A DNA stretch of 64,000 nt. Source: Schmidtea nova. Lineage: Eukaryota. The translations under genes and the position numbers were made by a program. Positions 12,101 through 27,100 of this stretch are shown here, piece after piece. Each line of letters opens with the position of its first letter. Within the stretch, counting starts at the first letter, position 1. Under the pieces are notes generated by a model that was not told where the DNA came from, made no database searches, and saw nothing but the letters and a program-made list of their open reading frames with translations. Location of the stretch: NCBI GenBank assembly GCA_044892505.1, contig CM097883.1, forward strand, positions 183,644,001 through 183,708,000, read 5' to 3'.

Positions 12101-15100
12101 ATTTAATTATGACATTAATTTAATAATTCAATTATTAATGTATATTGAATGAACTTTTTATCTTTTGGTTTTAAATAAGCAAAAAATAGACTTTTTCACT
12201 TTCAAAAAAACTAACATGACGAACATGCTCCAAAAATAATTTACAATTATAAAATCAAAATGAAAAAAAAATTCAATGAAATGTTTTCAAATCCAAATTT
12301 GGCTACAAATCAGAGATCTACAGAATTATCGAGTGAAAAAAACTATCTGAATCCAATACTAATAATTATAAACTATCAGATTGTGTCAGTAACAATCATA
12401 AATCATTGAATACCGATTGATTTTGAGTGGCTGCAATATGAATCAGAATAATGAGTTTTCCGATGTCGGCTTTATGGATGATAATCAGACCCAGCAATCG
12501 TTTATCCATGGTGAAACCAAAAAGCAATTCAACCAAAAACCATCAAATCCCAAACACAATACGTGTAATGTTCAAACAATGTCAAATCCCGGCACAATTA
12601 ATCAAAATCAACTGGTTAGGCTGTCAAAGATTAGCGATTACGAAAACCAATGATTGTAGATTGGAATATAATGTATTTCGTTCTTAATCTTTTTCTACAA
12701 GGCAATCTTTAATTTTTTTTGCAATACTGAAAATGATCTTTCACTTTCACATATATAAATATAGTACAGATGTCAGGGCCAGTCTATGGTTTGGTGACTG
12801 TGAAACCCTTAATTGGACTCTAGTTTTTATCAGTTATCATATTAAAAATTGGTAAAACAAACCATTCAGAATTTAAATAATTGAAGTTTCGAATGACAAG
12901 TCTTATAAACAAAAGGATGTAGGATATATTTTCTTAATTATTTCACCAAAATTAATTTGAATTTTGTTTATAATTTTCATTTATCTTGTATGTTAAAGTT
13001 AATACTATTAGAAAAATTTGAAAAAAACTTATATTTACTTTTTAAAATTAATAACAAAAATAATTAAAATTTTTTAAACTATTCATTAATAATTTCCAAA
13101 AAATTAATTCAGAGCATAATTTTATGTTCATTTGCATTCTCTCAATGGCATTTGGCCATTGTTTGACTTAATTTACTTAAAATTTTATTCAGGAAGTAAA
13201 TAAATATTATACACGCAGATGAACTTTTTGTTTATTTTTATAATTATTATATTAATTTTTCATAGGATGAATTATTTTTTAAAAATTAATAATTTTTCGG
13301 GTGATTAATGATGACGCGTTTTTTTATAATTGTCATTGTTCAAAAATTTAAGTTTTAATCTGGATCAAATTTAAAAATTTCTTTTTTTTCAATTTTTTAG
13401 GACTATGGATCAGTGCTTCTCAACCTTTTTTCTTCCATAAATCTGCAATACACTGTAGGCAAAATTTTAAAATACTAGGCATAAAGTGAAAAAATAAATG
13501 ATATTTATTAAATTATAATTATTTGAAATATTGTAACAGAAAACTAATGAGATACTAGTTCTTGCTTCAATGAACACCAAAGTTTAATATAACGTTTGTT
13601 GTTTTAGAGAAATCTGATGTTTTTTAAAAAATGAGTTTAATTATTATGATTTTTTATTAATTTTATTAAAACTTATTTCTCATATAAGTTTGAGAATGTT
13701 GAAGCAATTCTTTTATGGCCTCTTTAAATATCGTAGTGTTTCATTTAAAACTGAAATCCAAAACACATTTTATGAAATTTCTCAGAATTTTTACTGAGAA
13801 TTTTGCGTTGAGAAAAAAATTCTATTTTAAAAAGAATGTTTATTAAAATTTATTAATGTTGAGGTTTTAATTATTTGAAATCTCAACTTTCACTGGTGTC
13901 CTAAATAAATAACTAAGACAAGTAAAATTTAACGGGAATATTTTATTTAATAACAAAATATTCTTTTCAAGAATTATTTAATCACACAAAATTTTTATAG
14001 TTTTCAATAATACAATTTCAATGTATGTAGGGTAGAGTGTCCCTTATTTTTCGAGTTTCGAATATCTAACCTCTCACCCTTTCAGTGTAGTCCTCTATGA
14101 AAAAAAAACTGTATGCAAAAAATTTGCCACAAAAAACTATTTTAAGGGTATGCGCAAACGAATTGAAAATTTCAATATGTTAAATGCGGTCTGAGCAGCC
14201 AATAATCTAACAAAAAACTGTACGGTTCATTTTACATTTTTTATATTGCTTTATATTTTCGACTGAATAGCAACGAACATAAGAAAAATATTGTGTTATT
14301 ATCATTTGGGCATATTTTACCAAATAGTGTTCTTGATGCACTTGGGAAACTTCTTGTGATGCTCACGTACGACCTGTAATGCAAACTGAGTCTGTTTCTC
14401 GTCCTCTGTCAGCAAGCCGCTGAATTCTTGAATCATAGCAATTCCTCTCTCTGCTGTGTCATTTGTGACTCTCAATTGTCGCACAATTTCTTCACCATAT
14501 AAATAATCTTCTCTTATGATCCATGTGATTGGATCAGCTTCCAAGAATGCCTCAGATAATGATAGCAATTTAAATATCTTCAAAGAATTGCTAGTGACAA
14601 AATTGTGCAACTGTAGGGCAGGGATGTACTCTTTCTTAACCGTGATTCGTTTCTTGGTATTAGTTTTAGCTTTCTTTTGCAGTTCACCATGCTCTTCTTT
14701 TCCTCGACACACACTTCTCGATCAAATAACGCAAGAGCCACTAAATCTTCACTCAAGTACCAGAGATATCCGAGTAATTTATTGAGAGCACATTTTGATG
14801 CTACGGAATTGAGAATAGCCAGCTTCTTCAGCAGTTGTAAATCGTTAGAATGAGCCATTGAAAGAACTGAACACAACAACCACGATTTGACATACGCTTG
14901 CACCCCAAATAAGCACACTTCGGCCAATCCTTTCCTTTCGCATTCCGTAAGCTTAAGATTTGTGTCTCGGAACCGGAATATTTTGTAGGAATACAACAGC
15001 TTTGCCATAAACCGTGCGCGATGCAAAGCTCCAGGTTTGAGAAAATGAACTCCATGTGGTGGAACTCCGCCCAGGAAGATGATCACTAATTCAAGGAGTT

Positions 15101-18100
15101 CCATGTAGTCATAACGTGGCTGCACCTTTTGTAGTTGATTGGTGCCGAATTGAATCATCTCAGCTATGTCTCCTTGCAGCGCCATATGAACGCTTTGATC
15201 AGCAATGCCGGACTTGTAGGAGTTAACTTCAATGTTGGGCCAGAATGATTGAAATCGCTTAAAAAGAGGGATGTTGGGACCACTTGATGGACCCATTGAT
15301 TGAAGGAATACCTCTTCAAGCATTATCTCATGAATATGATGCTGACATGCAAGGTGAAGGACGTCACACTGTAGCATACTTTGAAACAGAACACAGGCTC
15401 CACTTTTCAGTCCAGTATTGCTCGCAGTCGTATCAAAACTTAGACCTTTGATGCGTTCCTGTAGACCCCATGAAGTCACTTATTTTACTAGAGCATTGGC
15501 AATTTCTTTACCTGTACCATTTGACAGTTTGAGAATAAGAAGGAGCTGCTCAGTTCCTGAGCCTGAAACGATTATGGCAAGTCGGTCCGCATTCTGCTCT
15601 CCTGTCACATCTTTCAGTATTTTGCCATCGAAATGAAGAACCAGTGGTTTTTAGGATCAAAAATTTTTTTCACGTGAGCTGTCGTGACAGAACGATGCAT
15701 GAGTCGAGCATGATGAATTGAAGATCGATTTATGTTTAACTCAGCTACATCTCTTGCAGATGCTTGGACAGCTGCTGACAGATTGTGAACAGCCAAACGG
15801 ATGCTCGTTTTTGTGCGATCAAGAGATGACAAAACTTCAGGCGTCAACACAGTTCGCCTGCCTCTTTTACACTTCCGAGGGGTTTGACTTCCATTGCCAT
15901 TTCGAGATATGGAATCTGAAGTGTCTTCTTTATTGGATTTAGTCTCGCTTGAAGAAATAGCTGCCTTGAGTTGTGATGAATTACACTCTTCTTTCTGTTT
16001 TCTTTCAAATTTTAATCGTTTCTCTTGTTTTGCAGTAGCTTTCTTTTCTTTCCATGCTAGAGACGTATCCACACCAGCCATTGAACCAATTCGTCCTTTT
16101 TCTCTTTGAGCTAACAGAAACAGTCGATTTTCTTCAATTTTAATTAATACCAAGGCGTCTTCGTGAGCAATATCAAAGAGGTCAGCGAATGTCTGCTTCA
16201 GCCCGTCTTCATTTGCAGTTTGTGTTGTAGATTGGCCTCCTTTGCTTTTCTTGAGATTTTCCCACCTCGTCATTTTTTTTCAAGCTGTTTAACGGCATGG
16301 TGACGTGGTCTCACTGGAATCCGTGCTCTATTACAAAACTCCTCCATTTTAATTATTGTTTGTAGCGCAGCATCATGTTTACTTTCAGCACAGGTCTGCA
16401 GTTTGTGCAGGTAGACACCCATTACATCACCAATGGAAGGCAATTTAGCTCCAGCAAGACTTTCCTTTATTAATCCAAGTAGATACACATTTGCATTACT
16501 TTTCGTAATACAATTCATACTAAAGCAATAAGGAAATATAAATAATGCAATTAACATGGTTTGGTAATTAAAAATGAACTGTAAGCACTTATACCTACTC
16601 CGTATTAGAAAAAAGATAGCTCTCAGAGTATTTAAATTTGCACAAAATTTATAAAAAATTAAAACAACTTGCGCATTAGAGCCTTTTTGTGCTTCTCGAT
16701 TTTAAATATTTCACAGTATTCACCGTTGAAATCTACTTTTGATTCTCAATATTTTAATCGCGATTTGTTGGCGATTTTCATACTTTTGCCTTTTTTATAC
16801 TAAAATTGTCTGTGGTAACTATAGTAAATTTATTATTTTAAATATTTATATAACCTATTTCATTTATCTACATATATTAATATATTAATATTTCTATGAT
16901 TTGACTTATTTTGTAATGTAAATATTTATTTGATTTATTTTCTGCTATAACATTAAATTTTTCTTTTAAAGATATTCGTAACACTAATTATTAAATGAAT
17001 GACTACAAGGTAATAATAATAAATTATTAATTAATAACTACAGGCTAATGATTATTGATTTATACAGTATTAAATAAAAAGTAACAGGATTAAAAGTAAT
17101 CACAAAATATTAATTGTTGAAATGACTGTCATGAAAATACGACTGTTTGAGACAATCAATCACACATAACTGAAAACAGTGACTGCTATGGAGCTGCCAC
17201 GTACGATGCTTGTTGGTTTGAATTGATTGAGGTTTGATTGATTGTTATTGAAAAAATGACGGATTGTTAATTTCACAGAACGGAAGAGAAATGATTAATT
17301 TGATTTATATTGATTGATTATTTGCTTTGCGGGTATATGTTTACTGTGTATTTATTGGACCCTGTCCTATAATATTTTGAGATTATGAATGTGTCGATGT
17401 GACTACCCTCATCATCCAACATTAGTATTGAAATATGTGTCAACCCCTATGAGAACCAGTTAAGTCATTCAATTTGCTTTTCTGAGATTTAATCAGATTA
17501 TTAACTTTTTCTATTATTTCAATTATTTTTATTGTTATTAGATCTATTCCGGTGATGTGGTCAAATTGTTCGGTTCAAGCTTTAAGTAATTTTAACAATA
17601 CAGGAATAGATATTTGTTTAAATGATTTTCCTGACTTGTCAGAGTATAGAATGATAGATATAGGAAAGAATTGTAAAGAAATAAACCCACAATCCGATGC
17701 ATTTTGCGGTTTGAAAAAGAAAGTAATAAATATTAAAATGTATTAAATTATAGACTACACGCATCTTTAAATTTCTTTCAGAATTGGAATTTAGTTCCAT
17801 CAATTTTTGAGCATTGCTGTAACATTTCCTTCTGTACGCTTATGGCAACGTCGCAATGTTCATCTGGAGATTGTTGTGATCCTATCACCTGCAAATATCT
17901 TTCATCGGACAATATTTGTAGAGCTTCAACAAATGAATGTGATTTGACTGAATATTGCACTGGAAATAAAAATGAATGTCCACCAGATAAATCTCTTGAT
18001 AACGGATCTAGCTGTCACAATAATGAAGTCTGTTTGAAAAATACTTAATTGCATAAAATATTTGGTATAGGGTTATTGTTTCAAAGGGAATTGTGGTTCT

Positions 18101-21100
18101 GCTAATTCAGCATGTCAACTTTTGTTTGGAATGGATTTCCAATCAGCGAGAGAAGAGTGCTATTTTGAAAATATGAAAGGCACTTCATTTCAAGGACATT
18201 GTGGATATAGACCAAATATCACTAAGTCTTATATTGAATTGGAATATCAGTACTCTTATTGTTCACGCAAGTTGGTTATATTTCATTTATTACAAATAAA
18301 TTTTCAAAGTTTCGTAACAAAAAGAGCATTTTTCATAAATAATACAAAAATAATATAATATCATTTTCAGTGAGGTGCTCAGAAACCTCCATGCGGAAAT
18401 CAAAAAAATGTGAAATCCTCATATGACAGATTTATTTTTATTGCTTATCTTGTTAATATAATATGCAGACTATCTGCTTGAGGGGCTCGTAGTAATGGTG
18501 CACTTAGGGTGAAGGTTTTGGGTCTCAATCCCCCGTGGAAGGATTTGATCATAAAACCTTTAAAATTTGATAACTTTTACGAGTAGCATTTATTATAAAC
18601 TATAATAAGAAGCTCGGTGATTTTTTGACTCCCAATAATTCTGTAATTGAAGATAATGTAGTATTTCTAGAAGATAATGGATCCCGGAGCTTTAATTACA
18701 ATTATTTGAAGCCTTATGTATACGATAACAGAGTTTAAAACGTATTGAGAATAGAGTTCAATTGATCTTGAATCAAAGTGTTGAATCAAAAATATATTTA
18801 CTTTTTAACGTATTATTTGTGAAATGAGAAGATTATGTGACCTTTAACTCACAATGCTTAAGAAAAATGATCTTGCACTATATACCCTTATTCAATTTTG
18901 TTCTGACAGCTATATAAATAATATACTTTCATTTCATTATTTATCACTTTATAAATGAGTACAATGTTTACAATATCACTACAGTTTTACAGGCCGTCAT
19001 ATTGCCGGTCTAGCGTGGTGATTTTATTTTCAAAAAAGAAAAAATAATCCATCCAAAAAAGTGTTTATTTTTCAGTATGTGAGCCTCGTTACTTTTATTT
19101 GCAATTACATTGCACTCGGTTTCTTCTTTAGACAATAGACATAATATTCGTAAATTATATTCATTAAAACATATTATTCAAAAAATATTCATCAATAATA
19201 TTATTTGAAATATTTTTCTGAAGCATTGATAATTTTTATGAGCTTTGATTCAAACATTCTGTAATTCAACATACTGATTAAATTTTATATTTTCAATTTT
19301 ATTTATATTTTCAATTTTATTTTATATTTGAAATTAAAATTTTAAACTCTCATTTTTTGAATTTCATAAAGTTTTATAAACTTAATTTTTAAATCAATAT
19401 TTATTAAACTTATTTTATCAAATTTTTAAATATTTATATTAACACCTCACATCCCCCTTTTTTAAATCTTTCATCTTTTCGATATTTTATATCATGGTTT
19501 TGTCTTCTTCACCTCCTAAGAAATAGCTTCTTTCGTGAATTTTCTTTATTATTGTATATGGTCCTTCAAATTTTTCCTGGTCTTTATTTCGAATCTCACC
19601 CTTTATTAATACAGCCTCTCCTTTATTGAAATTTCTTATTGTTTTGATTTCTTTTGCGCTTGTTACTTCAATTTACTTGCTTTTTATCTTTCTTTCATTA
19701 TTTATTGAAGTACTGCTATACCATTTTGATCTGGTAATTCTCCTTACAAAAATTATTCCTGCCGGACTTGCTCCAATTGTTTTCTGTTTTGTCGCATTTT
19801 AGGTATATTCAATTTCCTGTAATATCTCTCCAAATTATTTTTGCTTTGTTATCTTAAAGACTCGTTAATATAATCACAGATTGTGCGAAACTGTCTTTCT
19901 ATTAATCCATTGGTGTTATGGTGATATGGATTTGAAAACACTATTTCGATTCCTGTTGACTTGGCCAATTCTTTTATATTGTTTGACTCAAAACATTTCC
20001 CACAGTCTACATACAGTTCTTTCGGTGCTCTTTATATCCATTTGTTTAGCAAAGTTTTCAATATTGTTTTTTCATCTTGTTTAGCTCTAACAGACAGAGA
20101 AATGTATTTACTGTAATGTTCAGTGATACCACATATGTATCTTTTTCTATTGATTGTTTCCTTCATTGGTTCACATATATCCATAATGATCATCTCACTG
20201 AATGCTGCTGAAAAATCACCATCTTCAATTCGCACATTCTCATTTGACTGATCCAATCTCTCAGCCACACACGATACATCTGCAATACCTGGAAAAGATA
20301 CATCAGTCTTGTCAATTTCATGACCTCCCAGCATCCCTATTACGTCCATTCCTAAGATCATATAAACATTTACCGGTAGATTCATCAACGAGAAACAATC
20401 ATCACTCAATAATTTACCATCAACAATCAGTTGAACGTTCACATCACACATACATCTGACTAGTGATCCATCCGCAGTCATGATACTCCCATTCCTTATA
20501 AATCGTTTCTTCGCAATTCTGGCTGACACGACTGATTTGGAACATCCCGAGTCGATCAATGCTTTCACGGACTCCCCATTGATCATGACAGAAATAAACT
20601 GCAACGCCATTATGTTCGTGCTGGAGTAGACGCTGGCGCATGCGTTACTCCTTTTCCATTTCCCGACTCTGAATTTTTGGTGCACTCCTTTGCAATGTAG
20701 CCCTCTTCTTCACATCGCCAACACTTCTTTCTTTGTTTCTTAAAGCAAATTTCTTCTAAATGGCCATTCTTTCCGCAATATAAACATTTCTTTTGCTTGT
20801 CTTGTTTTCCCACAACAGCCAAACATAGTTCCATAGTGTCGCAGTTTACTAAAACACGGGACTGTTTCAAAACATCAACAAGAGACATCTGCTGAATCTT
20901 GGCATTGGATCGTAACTGTTGTGACGTTGCTGTTGGCAAACCCATAATGAATGCGCTTTTAATTAAAATCTCATTATCTATCTTGGCCAATGATGCTAAG
21001 TTTTTGAGATCATTCAAATATACATCGACTGGCTCATTGCTCTACGGAAGTTATATTGAATGTTTACGTTGTTTAAATATTCAGAGTTGGCAGAATTATT

Positions 21101-24100
21101 TAATTTAATAAAGTTTTAATATTGTAATCTTATTTTATTATTATTCATTGGTTTTAGATTTTATATATAACAATAAAAATATAACATGGCGTCACGAACT
21201 GAAAAAGAATACTTGCAGGAATACTTATTTAAAGATAAGTTATCAAAATTAATTATATTCAAGAAGCGAGGAACCAACGTTAAAATTGAAGATCATTTAA
21301 TTCTTTTCAAAAGTTTTGTTGATCAGTTTGCCAAACACAACTTGGTAACGGAGGAAGAAAAAATTAAAGTATTTTTAAAATACTTTGACGAAGAAATAGT
21401 TAAAGAGATCGAATGCTTAGGAGATATTAGCACAACTAGGACCATAGACTGGTACGAAGAAAAGATTCTAAAAATCGTAGAGATTAAAAGGTCAAAGACC
21501 TCAATAATTATAGATATTCTCGGCGACACCAGACAAGAAAGAGATGAGACTGTAGTAGATTTTGCAAAAAGAGTAAGGATGCGATGCCTAAGTTACGAAG
21601 GAGAAAAAGAAAAAATGATGATACATACCTTTATAGAAGGTTTGAGAAACCAAACTCTTTCGGTAGCCTTGAAGATCAGAGAGCCAAAAACGTTAGAAGA
21701 AGCTATAAAAGAGATAAAAATGGAGCATGTTGGCGTAAAAGTAAAAGAAGACGAGTATAATTAAGTTAGAAAACTGGCGACAACGGACGAAGGGACAATA
21801 AATATCTTAAAAAGAGAAATTGATAGGTTGAACAAGAATATTGAAGAATTGAGGAAGGAACAATTGAGAAAACCGAATAAAAATCCGAGAGAAGTAAGAG
21901 AAGACATTTCTTCCTATCAGCAAAACGTTACATGTTTTAAATGTAACAAGGAAGGGTATATAGCGAGATTTTGCCTTAAAAAAGATGACAGTGGAAACAT
22001 TGATACAAGGACGTGCTATAAGTGCGGAAAAAGGGGACATATAGCAGCAAATTGCAAAATTGGTACAAATAGGATGAATGTGATTAAATGTTACGAATGC
22101 GGTGGTGGTCATTTGGCTAGATATTGTGACAAGAGAAATAAATTCAGATATTTCCAAGAAGAAGATGGAGAGGAAGAGGATGGTTCAGCGAGAGGATCAA
22201 AAACCGATTCTGAAGATGACAAGCATATAAATAATATAACAGAAGTAAGATCTGATAAAGGGACGAAGAGACCAAATGAAAATTTAGAAGAAAAATATGC
22301 AAATTATATAAACGGTGAAGGGGAAAAACCAAAGAAACTGTTACAAAAATACCAGTCTACAGTTATCTCTAGTAGCAGGCCGGAAAAAGCGAGGAATAAA
22401 CCAATAACTGAATGTTATATTGGACATCAGATGGTTAAAGTTATGTTTGATACGGGTGCAGATTTAAATGTTATTAGCCAGGAGTTGACAGATAAACTAA
22501 TAAACGCAAATCCAACCATAAAGGTGTATAATTCAAAAACAAGAGTTACATGTGCCTATTGGAAGCTCAATCGAATGTGCAGGTAAAATCCAGCTAAACA
22601 TAGCAATAGGACAGATTGTGACAAGTCATGTATTTGACATTATGCCAAATATATTCCCACATGTTTATATCGGGATAAGAAGTATGAAGAAATATGGAAT
22701 TATCAATAATGCACCAGAAGACTGCATAGAGATCCAAGGAATTAGGTTGCCATTCTTATCAAAAACTATTCCAGCGGCTTCTTTAAACGAATCCCAACTG
22801 TATTAGAGAGTCGTAATACGGTTAAAGGGAGAGAAGAGGCTTGGGGGGACGGTTATCAGGATTATTATAGAGTTATTGTATCAAGTAACGTACAGATTTA
22901 AACAGTCGTAGAGTATTTTATCAGAGGAATGGCAATAGATAAGCAGAACAAGAGATTAAAGAATCTTAATCAAAGTTGTGTGTTTAATGGTGAAAGAGTC
23001 AAAATGGCAGAGAGAAATTTTGATAAGTGATTACGTGCTTAAAGTTGATGAAGGATATGTATTAGTAAAAATTGATAAGATGGAAGGCGGTATTAAACAA
23101 TTGCATGTAGGAACCACTTTAGGTTACAAAGAAAGATTTTACGATAAAATGGCAGAAAAGGCTAATATTGGAAGTATGTCATCATTAGAACAGCGAAGAG
23201 AAATCACGACCATCGATAAAATATTACGAAGCATAGAAGATTCTTTAGATCATTCTATTAAATATAGCGAAAGAAAGGAGTTAGTGAAAACAATAGAAGA
23301 AAATAAGGATGTTTTTAGTAAATATAAAATGGATATTGGGAAAAGTACATCACTATCTCATGAAATTGACACTGGGAACGCTCGGCCAATTGCTTTTAAA
23401 CCGAGGAAGGTACCATTAGGTCTGGAGGAAGAGGTTGACCACATGGTACAAGATTTATTAAGAGCTGGAATTGTGAGACCGAGCAAGTCAGCGTGGAATT
23501 TTCCGATTGTGGTTGTTAGGAAAACGAATGGTGATATTAGAATGTGCGTCGATTATAGGGCACTGAACGCAAAGACGGCAAGACCAATCTTTCCAATACC
23601 AGCTGCGGAAGATCTTTTTGATACACTTGGAGGAGCAAAGTTTTTCTCTACATTAGATCTATCAAGTGGTTACTACCAAGTACCAATAAAAGAAGGTGAC
23701 ATAGAGAAGACAGCTTTTAGCACAAAGTATGGACAATTCGAATTTACACGAATGCCATTTGGATTATGTTCCGCGCCGGCCACTTTTCAAAAGCTTATGA
23801 ACATGGTCTTGAGAAATGAAAATTGGATTAAGTGTGTCGTATATTTGGATGATGTTCTTATATTTGGGAGAACCATCGAAGAATATAATCAAAGATTGAA
23901 CACTGTATTACGCCGAATTAAAGAGTCAGGACTGAAATTATCACCAGCTAAGTGTTCATTTTTAAAAACAGAAGTTAATTATTTAGGACATGTCATCAAT
24001 GAGAATTGGGTAAAAACTGACCCAGAGAAAATTGAGAGTATACGATCATGGAAAATGCCAACATGTAAAAAAGAATTGCAGACCTTCTTAGGATTTTGCA

Positions 24101-27100
24101 ATTATTACCGTAGATTTATAAAAATTTATGCAGCGACATCAGAAAAATTGAGTTCAATGTTAAAGAGTGAAAATAATTTTGTGTGGAATGAAGATAGAAA
24201 AGGAGCATTTTACGAACTTAAAAGCAGACTGTCAACGCCACCAGTGTTGGCCTTGCCAAATAAGGAAGGCGAATATATACTGGACACAGACGCTTCGCAC
24301 AATAGTATGGGAGCCGTTTTGTCACAGAGACAAAATGGAGAAGAAAGAGTTTTGTGTTATGCATCAAAAACCATGAGTAAGAGTCAGAGAAAATATTGTA
24401 TAACAAGAAAAGAACTATTGACAATATATACGTTTGTGCTGAAATTTAAACATTATTTGATGGGATCAAAGTTTTTAGTGAGAACGGACCACCAAGCGCT
24501 GAAATGGTTATTGAAATGGGATAATCCAAACACATCACAATACTGTGTTTGGAGAGCCGAACTAGAAGTCTACGACATGGTTGTCGAATATAGAAAGGGC
24601 GAAGAACACATAAGTGCTGATGCGATGTCCAGGTTACCTCCATGTGAACAATGCTTACTTAAGCATAAAGAACCGATGAAGCGTCGAAACGTAAAAGTAT
24701 ACGATGAATTAATAGATGTAAAAAGGACAGGAAACGACGATCTAGAATCAGAAAGGGTTTTGTGCGAACTGAAAGTACATGAACATGATTGGGGACAAGA
24801 CGATGATGTCGACATACAAACCATAATTAAAAGGATGAAACGTTCAGATTCTGAAAATGACAGAAACGTAGAAGAGATAAGAAGAGGTAGCAAAGAATTA
24901 CAAACAATATGGGCACACAGAAAAAAACTAAGGATCAGGGGCGATCTACTTTATATCCAGGAAGATAAAGAATACAGATTGATACTCCCGAAATTAAAGA
25001 GGAAAGAATTAATAATACAATTCCACAGTTTTCTAGGACATCCCGGAATCGAAAAAACCTATCGAATAATAAAGAATGAATATTATTGGCTTAATATGGA
25101 GTCTGATATATCAGAAGTAATAGGAAAATGTCAAGAATGCGCACACAACAAAAATAGAAACGGTAGAATAAGGGCACCATTTCAAAGCATAATTGGAGAA
25201 AAACCTTTTCAGATAATAGCAATGGACATAACAGGACCGTTCAAAACAACACAGAAAGGGTTTAGGTATATACTGGGTATAATCGATTACTTTTCGAAAT
25301 ATATAAGTTTAATACCAATGAGAAATATCGAGACAGAGAATATTCCAGAAGCGGTGTGGTCGCAGTGGATTTCAAAATTTGGAGCACCAGAACAAATACA
25401 TTCAGATTGTAGAAGTAATTTTCAATCAAGATTGTTTGCCGAATACTGTAAAATATTAGGAATTAGGAAGACTTTTACCTCACCTTACTACCCACAGAGT
25501 GATGGACTGGTAGAACGACTATTTGGAACTGCAAAAAGTATGATTGCAGCAGTGTTAGAAGAGAAGAAGAGCAAAGACTGGAGTGTAGTATTACCAGTAA
25601 TAGAGTTTGGATTAAGAACTACAATACAAAAATCAACGAATTATTCACCATATGAAATAGTATTTGGAAATCAAGCAAGATTACCCATATCAGCAATAAA
25701 GGTTAATACGAGACATTTTCAAGACTATGACGATTACGTCCAACAGCTGCAACTAAATTTATCAGATATTCACAAGAAAGTACGAGAAAATATGGATAGA
25801 CAAAGAGAGTGTATCGTCGCAAGATATAATCAGAATCGATGGCACAAAGAATTGATAGTAGGAGATAAGGTAATGATAAAGAATGAAGACAGGAGGGGTT
25901 TCGAGAAGAAGTATATAGGGCCATTCATAATAGAAGAAATAATGGATAAATGGACCTATGTGTTATATAGTGACAAAGCTAAAAAAAGAATAAGAAGAAA
26001 TTATAATCAAATAAAAGTAGTAAATGACGAGGGAGATTCTTGTAGAGTAAAGCCAACCAACACTAGTATTTGGTCAAGGGAACCGAAGACCAATTTAAAA
26101 CCGACGAGAAGATACCCATTACGGACGACGAGAAATCAGAAACCTAAGTACCGTTCGGTTGCCAGCGAGGGGATGTGATATAATTAATGAATTAATTATA
26201 TGCATAAGTTATATTGAATGTTTACGTTGTTTAAATATTCAGAGTTGGCAGAATTATTTAATTTAATAAAGTTTTAATATTGTAATCTTATTTTATTATT
26301 ATTCATTGGTTTTAGATTTCATATATAACAATAAAAATATTACAGTCATATGCTTGGAACATATCTATGGAATAGACATCGATCAGGGCATGTTCGATCT
26401 TCAATGCGTTGCCCTTGTCTTCCGCACTCAAATGCTGATATACTGCGAAAGCTGGTCTATCTAGGTATAACGGAATAATTGATTCTAAATCCACGATTTT
26501 CTGAATTTTTGCCACTAGCTTCACTTTCTGAATCCACTGTTGAACGTCACCTTCTCCTCTGAAAATAGGGATCATATTGTTCATATCAAATTATTCTCCA
26601 TTCAATCTACCAAAATGATTTCACTATCCAAATCTTGACAAAAACTACACTGCTTAGTTTTTGTAACTCTTTCATTTTTTAAAAACTAAATAGAAATTTC
26701 AAATATTTTATATGAAAAACAGATGAGATGACTCAAGTTTTGATTGATTTCAGGTCTACAATTTTTCTGTTTAGATGAAATTCATTGTTATACTATTTTA
26801 TTTTTCTTTTAACGATTTTATCGACCTTCCTTCTTCACGATTGTTTCTTTACTTAATTTCGGTAAATTTAAGGTTCGTTGAATAATCGTTTTTTTCAGTG
26901 CTATCTTCATTGATTTATTTATCCATCGTACTCAACTAAGCGACCCATAAATACAATATTATTCAAGTTATTTAGAGATAAATTACTATTTATAGTGTCA
27001 GTAATTATTTAATTACTATTTTGANNNNNNNNNNNNNNNNNNNNNNNNNNNNNNNNNNNNNNNNNNNNNNNNNNNNNNNNNNNNNNNNNNNNNNNNNNNN

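Larger units (their letters stand above)
21048..26344 (+). mobile_element. Young Ty3/gypsy LTR retrotransposon
   Basis: 3' LTR 26174-26344 (TG...CA); 5' LTR remnant 21048-21186 with 2 mismatches in 139 bp; PBS TGGCGTCACGAAC (tRNA-Ser-like) at 21187; PPT AGCGAGGGGA before 26174. The TSD was lost with a ~30-bp deletion at the 5' junction. Confidence 0.95.
19260..26590 (-). mobile_element. Older, internally deleted Ty3/gypsy element (gag, CCHC, aspartic protease, integrase remnant), split by the younger gypsy
   Basis: gag 26584-26345 continues at ~21045-20610 (NEPVDVYLNDLKNLA, CLYCGKNGH); protease ALIDSGC; integrase piece CGITEHYSKY; PPT AAAAAAGGGGGA (19452-63) followed by TGTGAGG; putative 3' LTR ~19260-19451; 5' LTR not seen. 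Confidence 0.8.

Noticed and set aside
12417-12687. Asn/Gln-rich ORFs
   Set aside because: Low complexity with no recognisable domain or splice structure.
16811-17421. Possible solo LTR ending ...CCAACA
   Set aside because: No matching TG start with a TSD could be established.
18371-18480. Extra ADAM exon after the acceptor at 18370
   Set aside because: The in-phase frame stops quickly, and joining 18270 directly to 29224 gives the conserved D..CG.L.C motif.
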